Assembly: GCA_035998575.1 (NCBI GenBank)
Contig: DASYHM010000024.1
Coordinates: 38,624 to 102,623, forward strand
Direction of reading: 5' to 3'
DNA from: Devosia sp.
Lineage (GTDB): Bacteria; Pseudomonadota; Alphaproteobacteria; Rhizobiales; Devosiaceae
Length of the DNA stretch: 64,000 nt
The number at the start of each line of letters is the position of its first letter. The first letter of the stretch is position 1. Shown in pieces: positions 42,505 through 52,649 of this stretch. The notes beneath the pieces are model-generated. The model ran no database searches, was not told the DNA's origin, and worked only from the letters and a program-made list of their open reading frames with translations. The position numbers and the translations under genes are program-made.

Positions 42505-42987
42505 TCAGAGGCGCGCCGCGAGTTCCTCGAGCTGGGTAGCGCACATGCCCCAACCTTCGTGAAAGCCCATCTTCTTGTGCGACTCCGCATCTTCGCGCGT
42601 CCAGTGGCGGGCGATGGCCGTGTAGCGCGTCTTGCTCTCGCCGGCATCTTCGAAGGTGATGATGGCGGTGAAGAAGGGCTTCGCTGATGGCTCCCAATCG
42701 CCCACATAGGCGTCGGTAAAGACCAGCTTCTGGTTGGGCACGATCTCCAGATACTGCCCGGGATTGGGATATTCGGTACCGGTCTCGTCGGCCATGGTGA
42801 CGACATTGGCGCCGCCGGGACGCAGGTCGATCTCTGCCTTGGGCGTACTCCACGGCTTTGGCGCGAACCACTGCTTGATCAGGTCAGGTTGCGTCCAGCA
42901 CCGGTAGATCTTGTCGCGCGGCGCATCGAGCACCCGGGTCAGAACGAGATCGCGGTCGGTGTCGTGGGTGGGCAGGGCGTTCGTCAT
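42505..42987 (-). CDS. SRPBCC/AHSA1 family protein
   Basis: LVLTRVLDAPR..WT, WFAP, GFHEGW; GGAG RBS. Confidence 0.9.
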   Translation of the reverse strand: MTNALPTHDTDRDLVLTRVLDAPRDKIYRCWTQPDLIKQWFAPKPWSTPKAEIDLRPGGANVVTMADETGTEYPNPGQYLEIVPNQKLVFTDAYVGDWEPSAKPFFTAIITFEDAGESKTRYTAIARHWTREDAESHKKMGFHEGWGMCATQLEELAARL

Positions 42988-43116
42988 TTCGGTCTCCTGT
43001 GTTGCTGTTATCCTGGCGACGTCCGGCGCCTGCCATTTTCGACGCGCCTGCCGAACTCTTTTGATTTCGCCCGCATCCCTGATGTATGCAGGACCATCCT
43101 CCCGACAGGCGAAGCC

Positions 43117-45546
43117 ATGCCCCCATTCAAACGTCTTCTCGATCATGGCTGGAGCCTGACCTGTGCACGCGCCAGTGGCGCGCCGGAACTGCCGGCTGCC
43201 ATTGCGGCCACTGTGCCCGGCACCGTCCATACCGATCTCCTCGCTGCCCGACTCATTGCCGATCCTTACCTCGATCTCAATGAAATTGCGGTGGATTGGG
43301 TAGGGCGCTGCGACTGGCGCTACGAGCTTGCTTTCGAGTGGCACGACGATGGCACGCCAAACGTGGACTTGGTTTGCGAGGGGCTCGACACCTTCGCGCA
43401 GATTGTCCTGAACGGCGCGATTGTTGGCGAAACGGCCAACATGAATCGCAGCTGGCGCTTCGACATCCGTGGTCTGCTGCGCGAGGGCGACAATCAGCTC
43501 TCGATTCTCTTCGAATCCGCATGGTCCCGTGGCGAAGCACTGGCCGCGCAATACGAGCCGCGTTCCAACAACTATCCCGGCCCGGCGAACCTGATGCGCA
43601 AGATGGCCTGCAACTTCGGTTGGGACTGGGGCCCCACGCTGGTCACCGCCGGCATCTGGAAATCCATCTGGCTCGAAAGCTGGGGGAAGGCCCGGATCGA
43701 CAGCATACGGCCCGAGGTAACCTTGGCCGGGGCCGATGGCCGGGTGTGTATCCACTTTGATATCGACGGAGCGGGGCAGGGGCTGCGTCTCCACGCCCGC
43801 ATCGCGGGAGTAACCGCCGAGGTGGCCGCAGGCGATGTGCTGGTGTTGACGGTACCGAGCCCCGCCCTGTGGTGGCCGCATGGCCTGGGGAGCCAGCCCC
43901 TCTACCAGCTTGATGTCGAGCTTCAGGATGAAGATGGCGTGCCAATCGATTCTTGGCGCAGGCAAATCGGCTTCCGCTCGCTCCGTCTCGACACGTCCAA
44001 GGACGAAAGCGGCACGGCCTTCACCTTCGTCATCAACAATGTGCCGGTCTATGTCTGCGGCGCCAACTGGATACCGGATGACTGCTTCCTGCCACGCGTC
44101 ACGCCAGATCGATACGCAGCGCGGATCGCCCAGGCGAAGGGAGCCAACATCAACATGCTGCGGGTCTGGGGCGGCGGCATCTACGAGACCGACGCTTTCT
44201 ACGACGCCTGTGATGCCGCGGGCATGCTGGTGTGGCAGGATTTCCTGTTCGCCTGCGCTGCCTATCCGGAGGAGGGCGACCTGCCGGTCGAGATCGAGGC
44301 GGAAGCGCGCGAGAATATCGTCCGCCTCATGCCGCACGCCTCGCTGGTGCTGTGGAACGGCAACAACGAGAACATCTGGGGCTGGTTCGACTGGGGTTGG
44401 CAGGAGGCGCTCGAGGGCCGCACTTGGGGCAAGGGCTACTATCTCGACCTGCTGCCACGCCTTGTTGCGGAACTCGATCCCACCCGTCCCTATTGGGCCG
44501 GCAGTCCCTATTCCGGCAGCATGGATCGCCATCCCAATGATCCTGCGCATGGCTGCAGTCACGTCTGGGATGTCTGGAACGACATTGGCTATGAGCACTA
44601 TCGCGACACCGTCCCGCGCTTCTGCTCTGAGTTCGGCTGGCAGGCACCGCCCACCTGGGCCACGTTGACCCAGGCCATCCACGACGACCCGATGACGCCA
44701 GCCTCGCCGGGAGTCTGGCATCACCAGAAGGCCACCATCGGCAATGACAAACTGCTGCGCGGCCTGGCCGGCCATCTGCCGGTACCTGCCGACATGGATG
44801 ACTGGCACTATGCCACCCAATTGAACCAGGCGCGCGCCATCCGCTACGGCATCGAACACTGGCGCAGCCATCGCGGGCTCAACATGGGCGCCATAGTCTG
44901 GCAGCTGAACGATTGCTGGCCGGTGACCTCGTGGGCCGCGGTGGATGGTTATGGCCGCCTCAAGCCGCTGTGGTACGCCCTGCGCACCGCCTATCAGCCG
45001 CACCTGCTGACCATCCAGCCGCGCGGCAATGACCTCGTGCTGTTCGCCGTCAACGAGCGCACGCTGTTCTGGCGCGGCCCAGTGTCGGTCCGGCGCGTTC
45101 GATTCGACGGCACGATTCTGGCCGAATGGACCCACTGGCGCCTCTGTGCGGATCGGCTGGACATCGCCGCGCTGACCATTCCCGACGACGTCGCCGCGCC
45201 CGTCAATCCGGGCGACGAGATGCTTGTCGCCACCATGCATGACAGCGTGGCGCACTGGTACTTTTGCGAAGACATCGCTCTCGATCTGCCCACGCCCCAA
45301 GCCGACGTCGCTTTAAACCGCGACGGCGCAGACTGGATGGTCAGGGTAACGGCCAGGACCTTGCTCAAGGATCTCTGCCTGTTTGTCGACCGCATCCACC
45401 CCGATGCGGTGATCGACGACATGCTGGTCACCCTGTTGCCGGGTGAGAGCCGGAACTTCCGCGTAAGCTGCCCGGTGGAACTGGATGCGGCAACGCTAGC
45501 CGCCGCACCGGTCTTCCGCTGCGCCAATCAGTTGAAGCCACGCTGA
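43117..45546 (+). CDS. GH2 beta-mannosidase-like glycosidase
   Basis: FGWDWGP, GANWIP, LRVWGGG, WNGNNE, FCSEFG, WQLNDCWP; no signal peptide. Confidence 0.92.
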   Translation: MPPFKRLLDHGWSLTCARASGAPELPAAIAATVPGTVHTDLLAARLIADPYLDLNEIAVDWVGRCDWRYELAFEWHDDGTPNVDLVCEGLDTFAQIVLNGAIVGETANMNRSWRFDIRGLLREGDNQLSILFESAWSRGEALAAQYEPRSNNYPGPANLMRKMACNFGWDWGPTLVTAGIWKSIWLESWGKARIDSIRPEVTLAGADGRVCIHFDIDGAGQGLRLHARIAGVTAEVAAGDVLVLTVPSPALWWPHGLGSQPLYQLDVELQDEDGVPIDSWRRQIGFRSLRLDTSKDESGTAFTFVINNVPVYVCGANWIPDDCFLPRVTPDRYAARIAQAKGANINMLRVWGGGIYETDAFYDACDAAGMLVWQDFLFACAAYPEEGDLPVEIEAEARENIVRLMPHASLVLWNGNNENIWGWFDWGWQEALEGRTWGKGYYLDLLPRLVAELDPTRPYWAGSPYSGSMDRHPNDPAHGCSHVWDVWNDIGYEHYRDTVPRFCSEFGWQAPPTWATLTQAIHDDPMTPASPGVWHHQKATIGNDKLLRGLAGHLPVPADMDDWHYATQLNQARAIRYGIEHWRSHRGLNMGAIVWQLNDCWPVTSWAAVDGYGRLKPLWYALRTAYQPHLLTIQPRGNDLVLFAVNERTLFWRGPVSVRRVRFDGTILAEWTHWRLCADRLDIAALTIPDDVAAPVNPGDEMLVATMHDSVAHWYFCEDIALDLPTPQADVALNRDGADWMVRVTARTLLKDLCLFVDRIHPDAVIDDMLVTLLPGESRNFRVSCPVELDAATLAAAPVFRCANQLKPR

Positions 45547-45565
45547 GCGAAGGCTGGCGCGAGCC

Positions 45566-46462
45566 CTAGCGCCCCATTGCCTTCAGCGCCGGCCGCAGTC
45601 GGTTGTCGTTCTCCGTCAGCAGGCGTTCAGCGCCGGCAACCCCTTCTGCGCCGGACGCCAGTAGGATTGCGATTTTCACCGCCCCGCCTGCCTCGTCGAG
45701 CGCCGCTGCTGCCCGGTCCTCGCTGACCTCGCTCACCGCCATGACGATGCGGCGTGCCCGTCCACGCAGCTTGGCGTTGTCGGCCACCACATTGACCATG
45801 AAGCCGTCATGCACATGCCCCAGATGCACCGCCATCATCGTAGACAGCATGTTGAGCGCGATTTTCTGTGCCGTGCCCGCACCCATGCGCGTGGATCCGG
45901 CAATCACTTCGGGCGGCGTCGGCAGGCAGATCGCCACGTCGACCCGTTCGAAGATCGGCGCACCATGATTGTTGCTGATGCCGATGGTGCTGGCCCCCGC
46001 CGCGCGTGCCGCCTCGACCGCCGCCATCGGATAGGGGGTATAGCCGCTTGCAGTGAGGGCGATAACGCAGTCGCCCGCGCCTACCGCGGCGGCGGCAATC
46101 TCGCCGCGTGCGGCTTCGTCATCATCTTCCGGGCCACCGACCATATCGGTCAGCGCTGCGGCGCCGCCCGCCAGCAATACCACGATGCGGTCGCGCCGGA
46201 TGCCATACGTGCCAGGCAGTTCAAGCGCATCGGTCAGCGCCATTAGGCCCGAACTGCCCGCCGCCGCGTAGACCAGGCGTCCACCGCCGGCGAGGCAGGC
46301 GGCGGCCAGTCGTGCCGCTTCCGCAATGGCGGGAACAGCCTCCTCGACGGCATGCGCCGCCTCGGCCTGCGCTGCGGCGAGAATCGCCAATGCCTGCTCT
46401 GGGGGCTTGGTGTCGAAGCCCTTGGCGCTTGCATGGGTCATCTCGGTTCGAGTAGCTGTCAT
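45566..46462 (-). CDS. murQ: N-acetylmuramic acid 6-phosphate etherase-like protein
   Basis: AAGSSG, DALELPGTYG, PEVIAGSTRMGAGTAQK, NAKLRGRA. Confidence 0.85.
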   Translation of the reverse strand: MTATRTEMTHASAKGFDTKPPEQALAILAAAQAEAAHAVEEAVPAIAEAARLAAACLAGGGRLVYAAAGSSGLMALTDALELPGTYGIRRDRIVVLLAGGAAALTDMVGGPEDDDEAARGEIAAAAVGAGDCVIALTASGYTPYPMAAVEAARAAGASTIGISNNHGAPIFERVDVAICLPTPPEVIAGSTRMGAGTAQKIALNMLSTMMAVHLGHVHDGFMVNVVADNAKLRGRARRIVMAVSEVSEDRAAAALDEAGGAVKIAILLASGAEGVAGAERLLTENDNRLRPALKAMGR

Positions 46463-46484
46463 GCCGGTCTCCAGTTGCGGCAAT

Positions 46485-46636
46485 AATGCCAAAAAAATAC
46501 CACTTGTCCACCCGACGACCTCCACGCCGTCGTGCCCGCCCATCTACAGCAAGGAAAACCGCAGCTTAGCCAGCGTTCTGCGGCAAATGTGCAGAAGCGT
46601 CTTTTGGGGCTTGGTAAATGGTATGTTATTGGTATT
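46485..46636. promoter_or_regulatory. NagQ-type tandem TGGTATT operators
   Basis: TGGTATG/TGGTATT 11 nt apart (46619, 46630, +) and TGGTATT/TGGCATT 11 nt apart (46485-46502, -). Confidence 0.7.
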
Positions 46637-46724
46637 ATAGCTTGAAGGAGGACGGTTTGGCCTATTCGCTGACATTTAGTGATATGGGTTCCACCACTGG
46701 TCGCAACAGGCCGGGGGGAAAATA

Positions 46725-47513
46725 GTGGCCGACGTCTCCAACGATTTCTTCGCCGATCGTCCGATTGTGCTGCCTTCTGGCGGTCCGCTCTACCTGCAGC
46801 TCAAGCGCTGGATTGAGGACGCTATCCACAGCGGCACCATCAATCCCGGTGACGCGCTGCCTTCCGAGCGGGATCTGGCCACTAAGGTCGACGTCTCGCG
46901 CGTGACGGTGCGCAAGGCGGTTTCGCAACTGGTCAAGGACGGTGTGCTGGTGCAGCGCCACGGGTCAGGCACCTTCGTTGCGCCCCAGACTCAGCGCGTC
47001 GAGCAGTCGCTGTCGCAACTGACGTCGTTCACCGAAGACATGGCCCGGCGTGGCATGGCGGTGCGGGCGGAGTGGCTTGATCGAGGCCTTTATCTGCCGT
47101 CACCGGAAGAGACGATCATCCTGGGTCTGTCATCGGGCGAGCAGGTGGCGCGCATCTCGCGACTGCGACTGACGGGAGACATTCCCCTGGCTATCGAGCG
47201 GGCAAGCCTCTCTTCTCGCATACTGCCCGACCCCGCGGGTATTGGTGATAGTCTCTACAAGCATCTCGACAAGAGCGGCAACCGGCCGACCCGCGCCATC
47301 CAGCGCATCCGCGCCGCCAATCTGGGCGAGGAGGATGCGCACCTGCTCCAGGTTCCTGCCGGCTCGGCGGGACTGAACATCGAGCGCACCTCCTATCTCG
47401 CCTCGGGCCGCGTCATCGAGTTCACCCGCTCCATCTATCGGGGCGACACCTACGATTTCGTCGCTGAACTGCGGATCAGCGATTCTCCCAAGTCCGGAGG
47501 CAGCAAGACGTGA
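46725..47513 (+). CDS. nagQ: GntR/HutC (UTRA) regulator of amino-sugar use
   Basis: LPSERDLA..VSRVTVRKA, GSGTFV, SFTEDM; context and operator motif. Confidence 0.78.
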   Translation: MADVSNDFFADRPIVLPSGGPLYLQLKRWIEDAIHSGTINPGDALPSERDLATKVDVSRVTVRKAVSQLVKDGVLVQRHGSGTFVAPQTQRVEQSLSQLTSFTEDMARRGMAVRAEWLDRGLYLPSPEETIILGLSSGEQVARISRLRLTGDIPLAIERASLSSRILPDPAGIGDSLYKHLDKSGNRPTRAIQRIRAANLGEEDAHLLQVPAGSAGLNIERTSYLASGRVIEFTRSIYRGDTYDFVAELRISDSPKSGGSKT

Positions 47514-48541
47514 CCAGCCATCAGACCTTCATGCGGCAGGAAGTCGAGGCCATTCCCGGCGTCGTGGCCAATTTCCTCGACCAGAGCGGTTCGGCGCTTG
47601 ATGCCGCCGCCGCGGAACTGCGCAAGCGCAGCCCGGCGCTCGTTGCCACGGTCGCGCGTGGCTCGTCCGATCACGCCTGTTCCTACCTCAAATATGCCAT
47701 CGAACTGACGCTCGGCCTGCCTGTCGCTTCGATCGGTCCCTCCGTCGCATCCATCTATGGTCGTGACCTCAAGCTGGACGGCGCCGCCACCATCGCCATT
47801 TCGCAATCCGGAAAGTCGCCCGACATCGTCGGCATGACCCAGTCGGCCCGCCGTTCCGGCGCCACGACGATTGCCGTGACCAATACGGCGGACTCGCCGC
47901 TGGCCGAGGCCTCCGATTTCACTATCGACCTCAGGGCCGGCCCCGAAAAGTCAGTCGCCGCCACCAAGACCTTCGTCACCTCGGTCGTGGCCGGGCTGGC
48001 GCTTGTCGCCCGCTGGGGTGGTGACGACAGCCTGCGCACAGCCATCGCCGACTTGCCCGACGCCCTTGCCCGTGCCGTCGCCTGTGACTGGTCGCCGTTG
48101 ATCGAGGCGCTCGAAGGTCACGAGGCACTCTATGTCCTTGGTCGTGGCCCGGGGTTCGCCATCGCCAATGAAGCAGCGCTCAAGTTCAAGGAAACCTGCA
48201 ATATCCAGGCCGAATCCTACAGCGCCGCCGAGGTGATGCACGGTCCCGTCGCCATCGTGACCCCGGGCTATCCCGTGCTGGGCCTTGCCGCGCGCGATGC
48301 CGCCGAGACCTCGGTAGCGGACATGACGCACAAGCTGGCCGGGCAGGGTGCTCTTGCTTTTCTCACCAGCGACCGTCCGGGCAGCGCCAGAACGTTGCCC
48401 TTCGCGGCCACCGGTCATCCGATCACCGATCCGCTGGCGCTGATCGTCTCCTTCTATGGCTTCGTCGAGGCGCTGTCCCGCCATCGGGGCCTGGACCCCG
48501 ATGTGCCGCCTGCGCTCAAGAAGGTGACCGAGACACTATGA
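47510..48541 (+). CDS. SIS-domain glucosamine-6-phosphate deaminase (NagB-II type)
   Basis: ARGSSDHA, ISQSGKSPD, VAATKTF, EAALKFKE, LKKVTET. Confidence 0.85.
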   Translation: MTSHQTFMRQEVEAIPGVVANFLDQSGSALDAAAAELRKRSPALVATVARGSSDHACSYLKYAIELTLGLPVASIGPSVASIYGRDLKLDGAATIAISQSGKSPDIVGMTQSARRSGATTIAVTNTADSPLAEASDFTIDLRAGPEKSVAATKTFVTSVVAGLALVARWGGDDSLRTAIADLPDALARAVACDWSPLIEALEGHEALYVLGRGPGFAIANEAALKFKETCNIQAESYSAAEVMHGPVAIVTPGYPVLGLAARDAAETSVADMTHKLAGQGALAFLTSDRPGSARTLPFAATGHPITDPLALIVSFYGFVEALSRHRGLDPDVPPALKKVTETL

Positions 48542-49698
48542 GCGATCTGCTTGCCATAGCCGGTGCCCGCGTTTTCGACGGGCACGACTGGCATGATGAT
48601 GCGGCGCTCCTCGTCGAGTTCGGCCGGGTCAGCGGCATCGTGCTGGCGAGCGCCGTTCCCGCCAATGCGTGCCTCGTCAGTCTCGATGGCGGCTCCATCG
48701 TGCCGGGCTTCGTCGATCTCCAGGTCAACGGCGGTGGCGGCGTCCTGTTCAACAACGATCCCTCCGTCGCTGCCATCCGCACCATCTGCGCCGCCCATGC
48801 CCAGTTCGGCACCACCGCGCTGCTGCCCACGCTGATCACCGACTCCGTCGCGGTCAACGTCGCGGCGATAGCCGCCGGCAAGGCTGCTGTCGCCCAGGCA
48901 GTACCCGGCTTTATCGGCCTGCATCTTGAAGGTCCGCACCTTGCCCTCACCCGCAAGGGCACCCACGATGGTGCCTTGATCCGGCCGATGGACGATGCCG
49001 ATATCGATCGCCTCGTTGCGGCGCGCGCTGACCTGCCCAATCTGCTCTGCACTGTCGCCGCCGAAACCGTAACGCCGGCCCAGATTGGTCGCCTTGCCGC
49101 GGCTGGCATTGTCGTTAGCCTCGGGCACTCGGACGCGGGTTATGCGGCGGCAAGTGCCGCCTTCGCCGCGGGCGCCACCATGGCAACCCATCTGTTCAAC
49201 GCCATGAGCCAGTTCGGCAATCGCGAACCCGGCGTGGTCGGCGCAGCCCTGACCTCCGGCACCGTGCATGCGGGATTGATCGCCGATGGCATTCACGTTC
49301 ACCCCGCTGCCATCGAGGTCGCCATGCGGGCAAAGGCTGGACCGGGCCGCATCTTCCTCGTGACCGACGCCATGTCGCAGACCGGCACCGATCTCAGGTC
49401 CCTGACCCTCAACGGCCGTACCATCACCCGCGCCGACGGCGCCCTGCGCCTTGCCGATGGCACGCTGGCTGGCGCCGATCTGGACATGATCGACGCTGTC
49501 GAGTTCATGCACAGCCGCATCGGCCGCCCGCTGGAGGAGGCCTTGCGAATGGCCTCGCTCTATCCCGCCCAGGCGATGGGAGTCGCGGCCGAGCATGGCC
49601 ACATGCGGCCCGGCGCACTGGCCAACTTCGTGCACCTTTCTAGCGACCGCAAAGTCAACGCCACCTGGATCAGCGGCGCCGAGGTCTACCGCGCCTGA
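48538..49698 (+). CDS. nagA: N-acetylglucosamine-6-phosphate deacetylase
   Basis: PGFVDLQVNG, HLEGP, THLFNAM, IADGIH, LVTDAM, GTLAG. Confidence 0.95.
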   Translation: MSDLLAIAGARVFDGHDWHDDAALLVEFGRVSGIVLASAVPANACLVSLDGGSIVPGFVDLQVNGGGGVLFNNDPSVAAIRTICAAHAQFGTTALLPTLITDSVAVNVAAIAAGKAAVAQAVPGFIGLHLEGPHLALTRKGTHDGALIRPMDDADIDRLVAARADLPNLLCTVAAETVTPAQIGRLAAAGIVVSLGHSDAGYAAASAAFAAGATMATHLFNAMSQFGNREPGVVGAALTSGTVHAGLIADGIHVHPAAIEVAMRAKAGPGRIFLVTDAMSQTGTDLRSLTLNGRTITRADGALRLADGTLAGADLDMIDAVEFMHSRIGRPLEEALRMASLYPAQAMGVAAEHGHMRPGALANFVHLSSDRKVNATWISGAEVYRA

Positions 49699-50445
49699 TC
49701 AGCCGCGCCCGATATAGGGCATGGCCGTCGCCATCACCGTCATGAACTGCACATTGGCCGACAGTGGCAGCCCCGCCATGTAGAGCAACGCATCCACCAC
49801 GTGCTTCACGTCGAAGGTCGGCTCGGGCGTCGTGGTGCCGTTGGCCTGCAGCGATCCGCTGTTCATGTGGCTCGTCATATCGGTCGCCGCATTGCCGATG
49901 TCGATCTGACCGCAGGCGATGTTGAACGCGCGCCCGTCCAGCGAAATCGCCTTGGTCAGTCCGGTGATGGCGTGCTTGGTGGCGGTGTAGGATGCAGCGC
50001 CGGGGCGCGGGACGTAGGCAGAGATCGAGCCATTGTTGATGATCCGCCCGCCTTGAGGCGCCTGGTCGCGCATGATGCGGAATGCTTCGCGCGCGACGTA
50101 GAAGGCGCCGTTGAGGTTGGTATCGACCATCTCCCGCCAGGTGACGACATCGAGGTCCCCGAACGACACGGCTGGCGCAAACCGCCCTGCATTGTTGAAC
50201 ACGAGGTCCACCTGTCCATACCGGTCGCGCACACCCGCAAAGAACTGCGCCACCGCAACCGGGTCTGTCACGTCGCACGCGGACCAATGGCCGCTGATCT
50301 CCGCAGCGACCGCCTGCAGCGCATCGGCGCGGCGCCCGCAGATGGCCACATCGTAACCAGCCGCTGCCAGGCCGCGCGCTGTTGCCCGCCCGATTCCCGA
50401 ACTACCGCCGGTCACCACGGCCACCTTGTTCTGCTCTCCCATCAT
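49699..50445 (-). CDS. SDR oxidoreductase
   Basis: [26 protein letters not shown]. Confidence 0.92.
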   Translation of the reverse strand: MMGEQNKVAVVTGGSSGIGRATARGLAAAGYDVAICGRRADALQAVAAEISGHWSACDVTDPVAVAQFFAGVRDRYGQVDLVFNNAGRFAPAVSFGDLDVVTWREMVDTNLNGAFYVAREAFRIMRDQAPQGGRIINNGSISAYVPRPGAASYTATKHAITGLTKAISLDGRAFNIACGQIDIGNAATDMTSHMNSGSLQANGTTTPEPTFDVKHVVDALLYMAGLPLSANVQFMTVMATAMPYIGRG

Positions 50446-50884
50446 TGCTCCCTCAATTGTGGCAGGCGGAATCGCTTCGCCCTGCCAATTTCCCACTCTG
50501 CTCACATTCATGCCACATCGACGCTAAATGCGTGGCAGCCGCTTTCGGCCACTTTTGTGCCTGGAGGCGCGGCTAACTCTATCGCTAAACCCTTCAAATC
50601 AGGCGTATTTTAACTGCCTGTTCACAGAGGTTAACGAATGGTTTCCATCTGTGTGCTGAATCTGCAACATCCGGTTCTCAACCATATTGCATGGCCCGCA
50701 AAACGGCTCTTGCGCGATTGCGTCATTTTCCGGCGTGCGTAGAGTGGGTCTTGCGAATCCATGCATGGGATCGTTTGTCGGTCGCAACGCGACGGCAACA
50801 CACTGCACCACGAATAGTGTGGTCGCGTTACGACAAACCGCTGGGTAACCGGCACAAAGAATGACTGACTTTGGAGGTCAACTA

Positions 50885-52327
50885 ATGAAACTCAAGAGCC
50901 TTATCCTCGGTTCTGTTGCCGCTGCCGGTCTCTCGACCGCTGGCTTCGCTGCCGATCTGGGCGTCCTCACCTCGCTGGACGTCTGTGACGAGCTGGGCCT
51001 CGCCGGCCTGACTATTTCGTCCGACACCAACTGCCTGCAGATCTCGGGCGAAGTGAAGTACGAATTCAACTGGGGCAACTACAACGGCAAGCGCCTGATT
51101 GCCAATACCTACTTCGGTACTCGCAACATCGACGTCCCCAGCACTGCTGTGGCCGGCGTCTCGCACGCTGACTGGAGCTCGAAAGTTGAGTCCTTCCTGA
51201 AATTCGTCGGCACCGCCGGTAGTGATTTCGGTCCGGCTTCTGTCGTTATCAAGATCAAGGATGTTCAGCACTATGAAGCCGTGAATGGCGCTCCGGTTTC
51301 TCCCGGTAAGGCCGTCTTTGGCTCCACTGTTTCCGTGACGGGCACTGGCGGCGACCACACCTATGGCGTGATCTTCGACGAAGCCTATGTCCAGGTTGGT
51401 GACACCACCGTCCTGACCGCTGGTAAGCGCGGTTCGATCTTCAACAAGGGCGATGACGAGCCGTTCAACTTCACCGGCCTGTTCATCTCGTCCGCTGTTG
51501 ATACCGGTGTTGCTGACACCAGCGAAATGAGTGGTCCGGCGACTGGCGGTCACGTGATCCAGTTGTGGAGCAATGTCGGTGAGGGCCTGATCGCCAAAAT
51601 CGGTCTCGAAGCACTCGACAAGACCGGCAACACGGCCGGCACTCTGGTCGGTGTTCTCGACTATGCTGGTTCGGGCATCACCGCGCACATCAGCGGCGCC
51701 GTCGGCGGTCTGCTCGACGGTATCCAAACTGCTGGTGACACCTACGCTGTTCACGCTGGTTTCACTGGCACGTTCGATCAGTTCAAGCTCCGTGCCGCTA
51801 TCGGTGCAGGCGGCGCCTATGATCCAGCTGGCAACTCGCACTACTGGAACGCGCTGATCTCTGGCGAAGCCAACTTCGACATGTTCAAGATCGCCCTGTC
51901 GGCTGAAGCTGCCGACGTCGATCCGGCTGGTGCTACTACCAGCCTCGGTACGGACTATGGCTTCGGCGCATCCATCGGTGCCGTGGTTGCCGAGGGCATC
52001 GAGATCAACATCGGTGGCCGCTACTTCAACGACGGCCAGACCGGTGTTGGCGATGCTTACCAGGTTGCAGCCCAGTTGATTGCTGCCCTCACCGAAACCG
52101 TCAAGCTCACAGGTGAGATCGGCGTCTACGGTTATGCCGCTGATACCGTTCTGTTCGCTCGCAACGGCGTCGGTTCCGATGCGCTCAACCCTGCCTACTC
52201 CGACTTCTACGCCAAGGCAACTCTGGGTTGGACCCCAGGCGGTGGCTTCACGTCCGAAGCCAGCGCTCTTGTCCAGCAGAACGGTGCCTACAAGGTCACC
52301 TTCAAGGCTTCCAAGGCCTTCCAGTAA
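50885..52327 (+). CDS. Alphaproteobacterial porin (Omp2/RopA-like)
   Basis: MKLKSLILGS signal, VCD..TNCLQISG N-terminal motif, beta-strand pattern, aromatic C-terminus, biased codon usage. Confidence 0.82.
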   Translation: MKLKSLILGSVAAAGLSTAGFAADLGVLTSLDVCDELGLAGLTISSDTNCLQISGEVKYEFNWGNYNGKRLIANTYFGTRNIDVPSTAVAGVSHADWSSKVESFLKFVGTAGSDFGPASVVIKIKDVQHYEAVNGAPVSPGKAVFGSTVSVTGTGGDHTYGVIFDEAYVQVGDTTVLTAGKRGSIFNKGDDEPFNFTGLFISSAVDTGVADTSEMSGPATGGHVIQLWSNVGEGLIAKIGLEALDKTGNTAGTLVGVLDYAGSGITAHISGAVGGLLDGIQTAGDTYAVHAGFTGTFDQFKLRAAIGAGGAYDPAGNSHYWNALISGEANFDMFKIALSAEAADVDPAGATTSLGTDYGFGASIGAVVAEGIEINIGGRYFNDGQTGVGDAYQVAAQLIAALTETVKLTGEIGVYGYAADTVLFARNGVGSDALNPAYSDFYAKATLGWTPGGGFTSEASALVQQNGAYKVTFKASKAFQ

Positions 52328-52349
52328 TCTCCGGATTACACTGGAACAC

Positions 52350-52385
52350 GGAAAGGCCCGGCGCATGCCGGGCCTTTCTGCTTTC
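52350..52385 (+). terminator. Intrinsic terminator after the porin
   Basis: GAAAGGCCCGGC-GCAT-GCCGGGCCTTTC then T-rich tail. Confidence 0.85.
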
Positions 52386-52649
52386 GGGCGGCGCTCCAAT
52401 CGCAGCCAGATCCCGCGGCCGGAAGCTTAACGTCTCTCCGCCAGGGCTTTCTGCGTCCGCATCTATCTGCAGCCCGTTATTTCCTCCGGCAACTGCTCCG
52501 CAGATGATTCGGTACATTGACGACCCTCCAGCGCCTCTGGCCGTGTGGCATTCGAATTTGTACGCGATATTTCAGTCACTTACGTCAGTTTCATCGACCC
52601 CCGAAATGCACTAGCTTTGGCGCCATTGCGGACATTCACTGGAACGGGA

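Noticed and set aside
42988..45300. 931-aa minus-strand ORF suggesting a giant SRPBCC fusion
   Set aside because: The upstream part is the antisense shadow of the GH2 gene; the real gene starts at 42987 with its own RBS.
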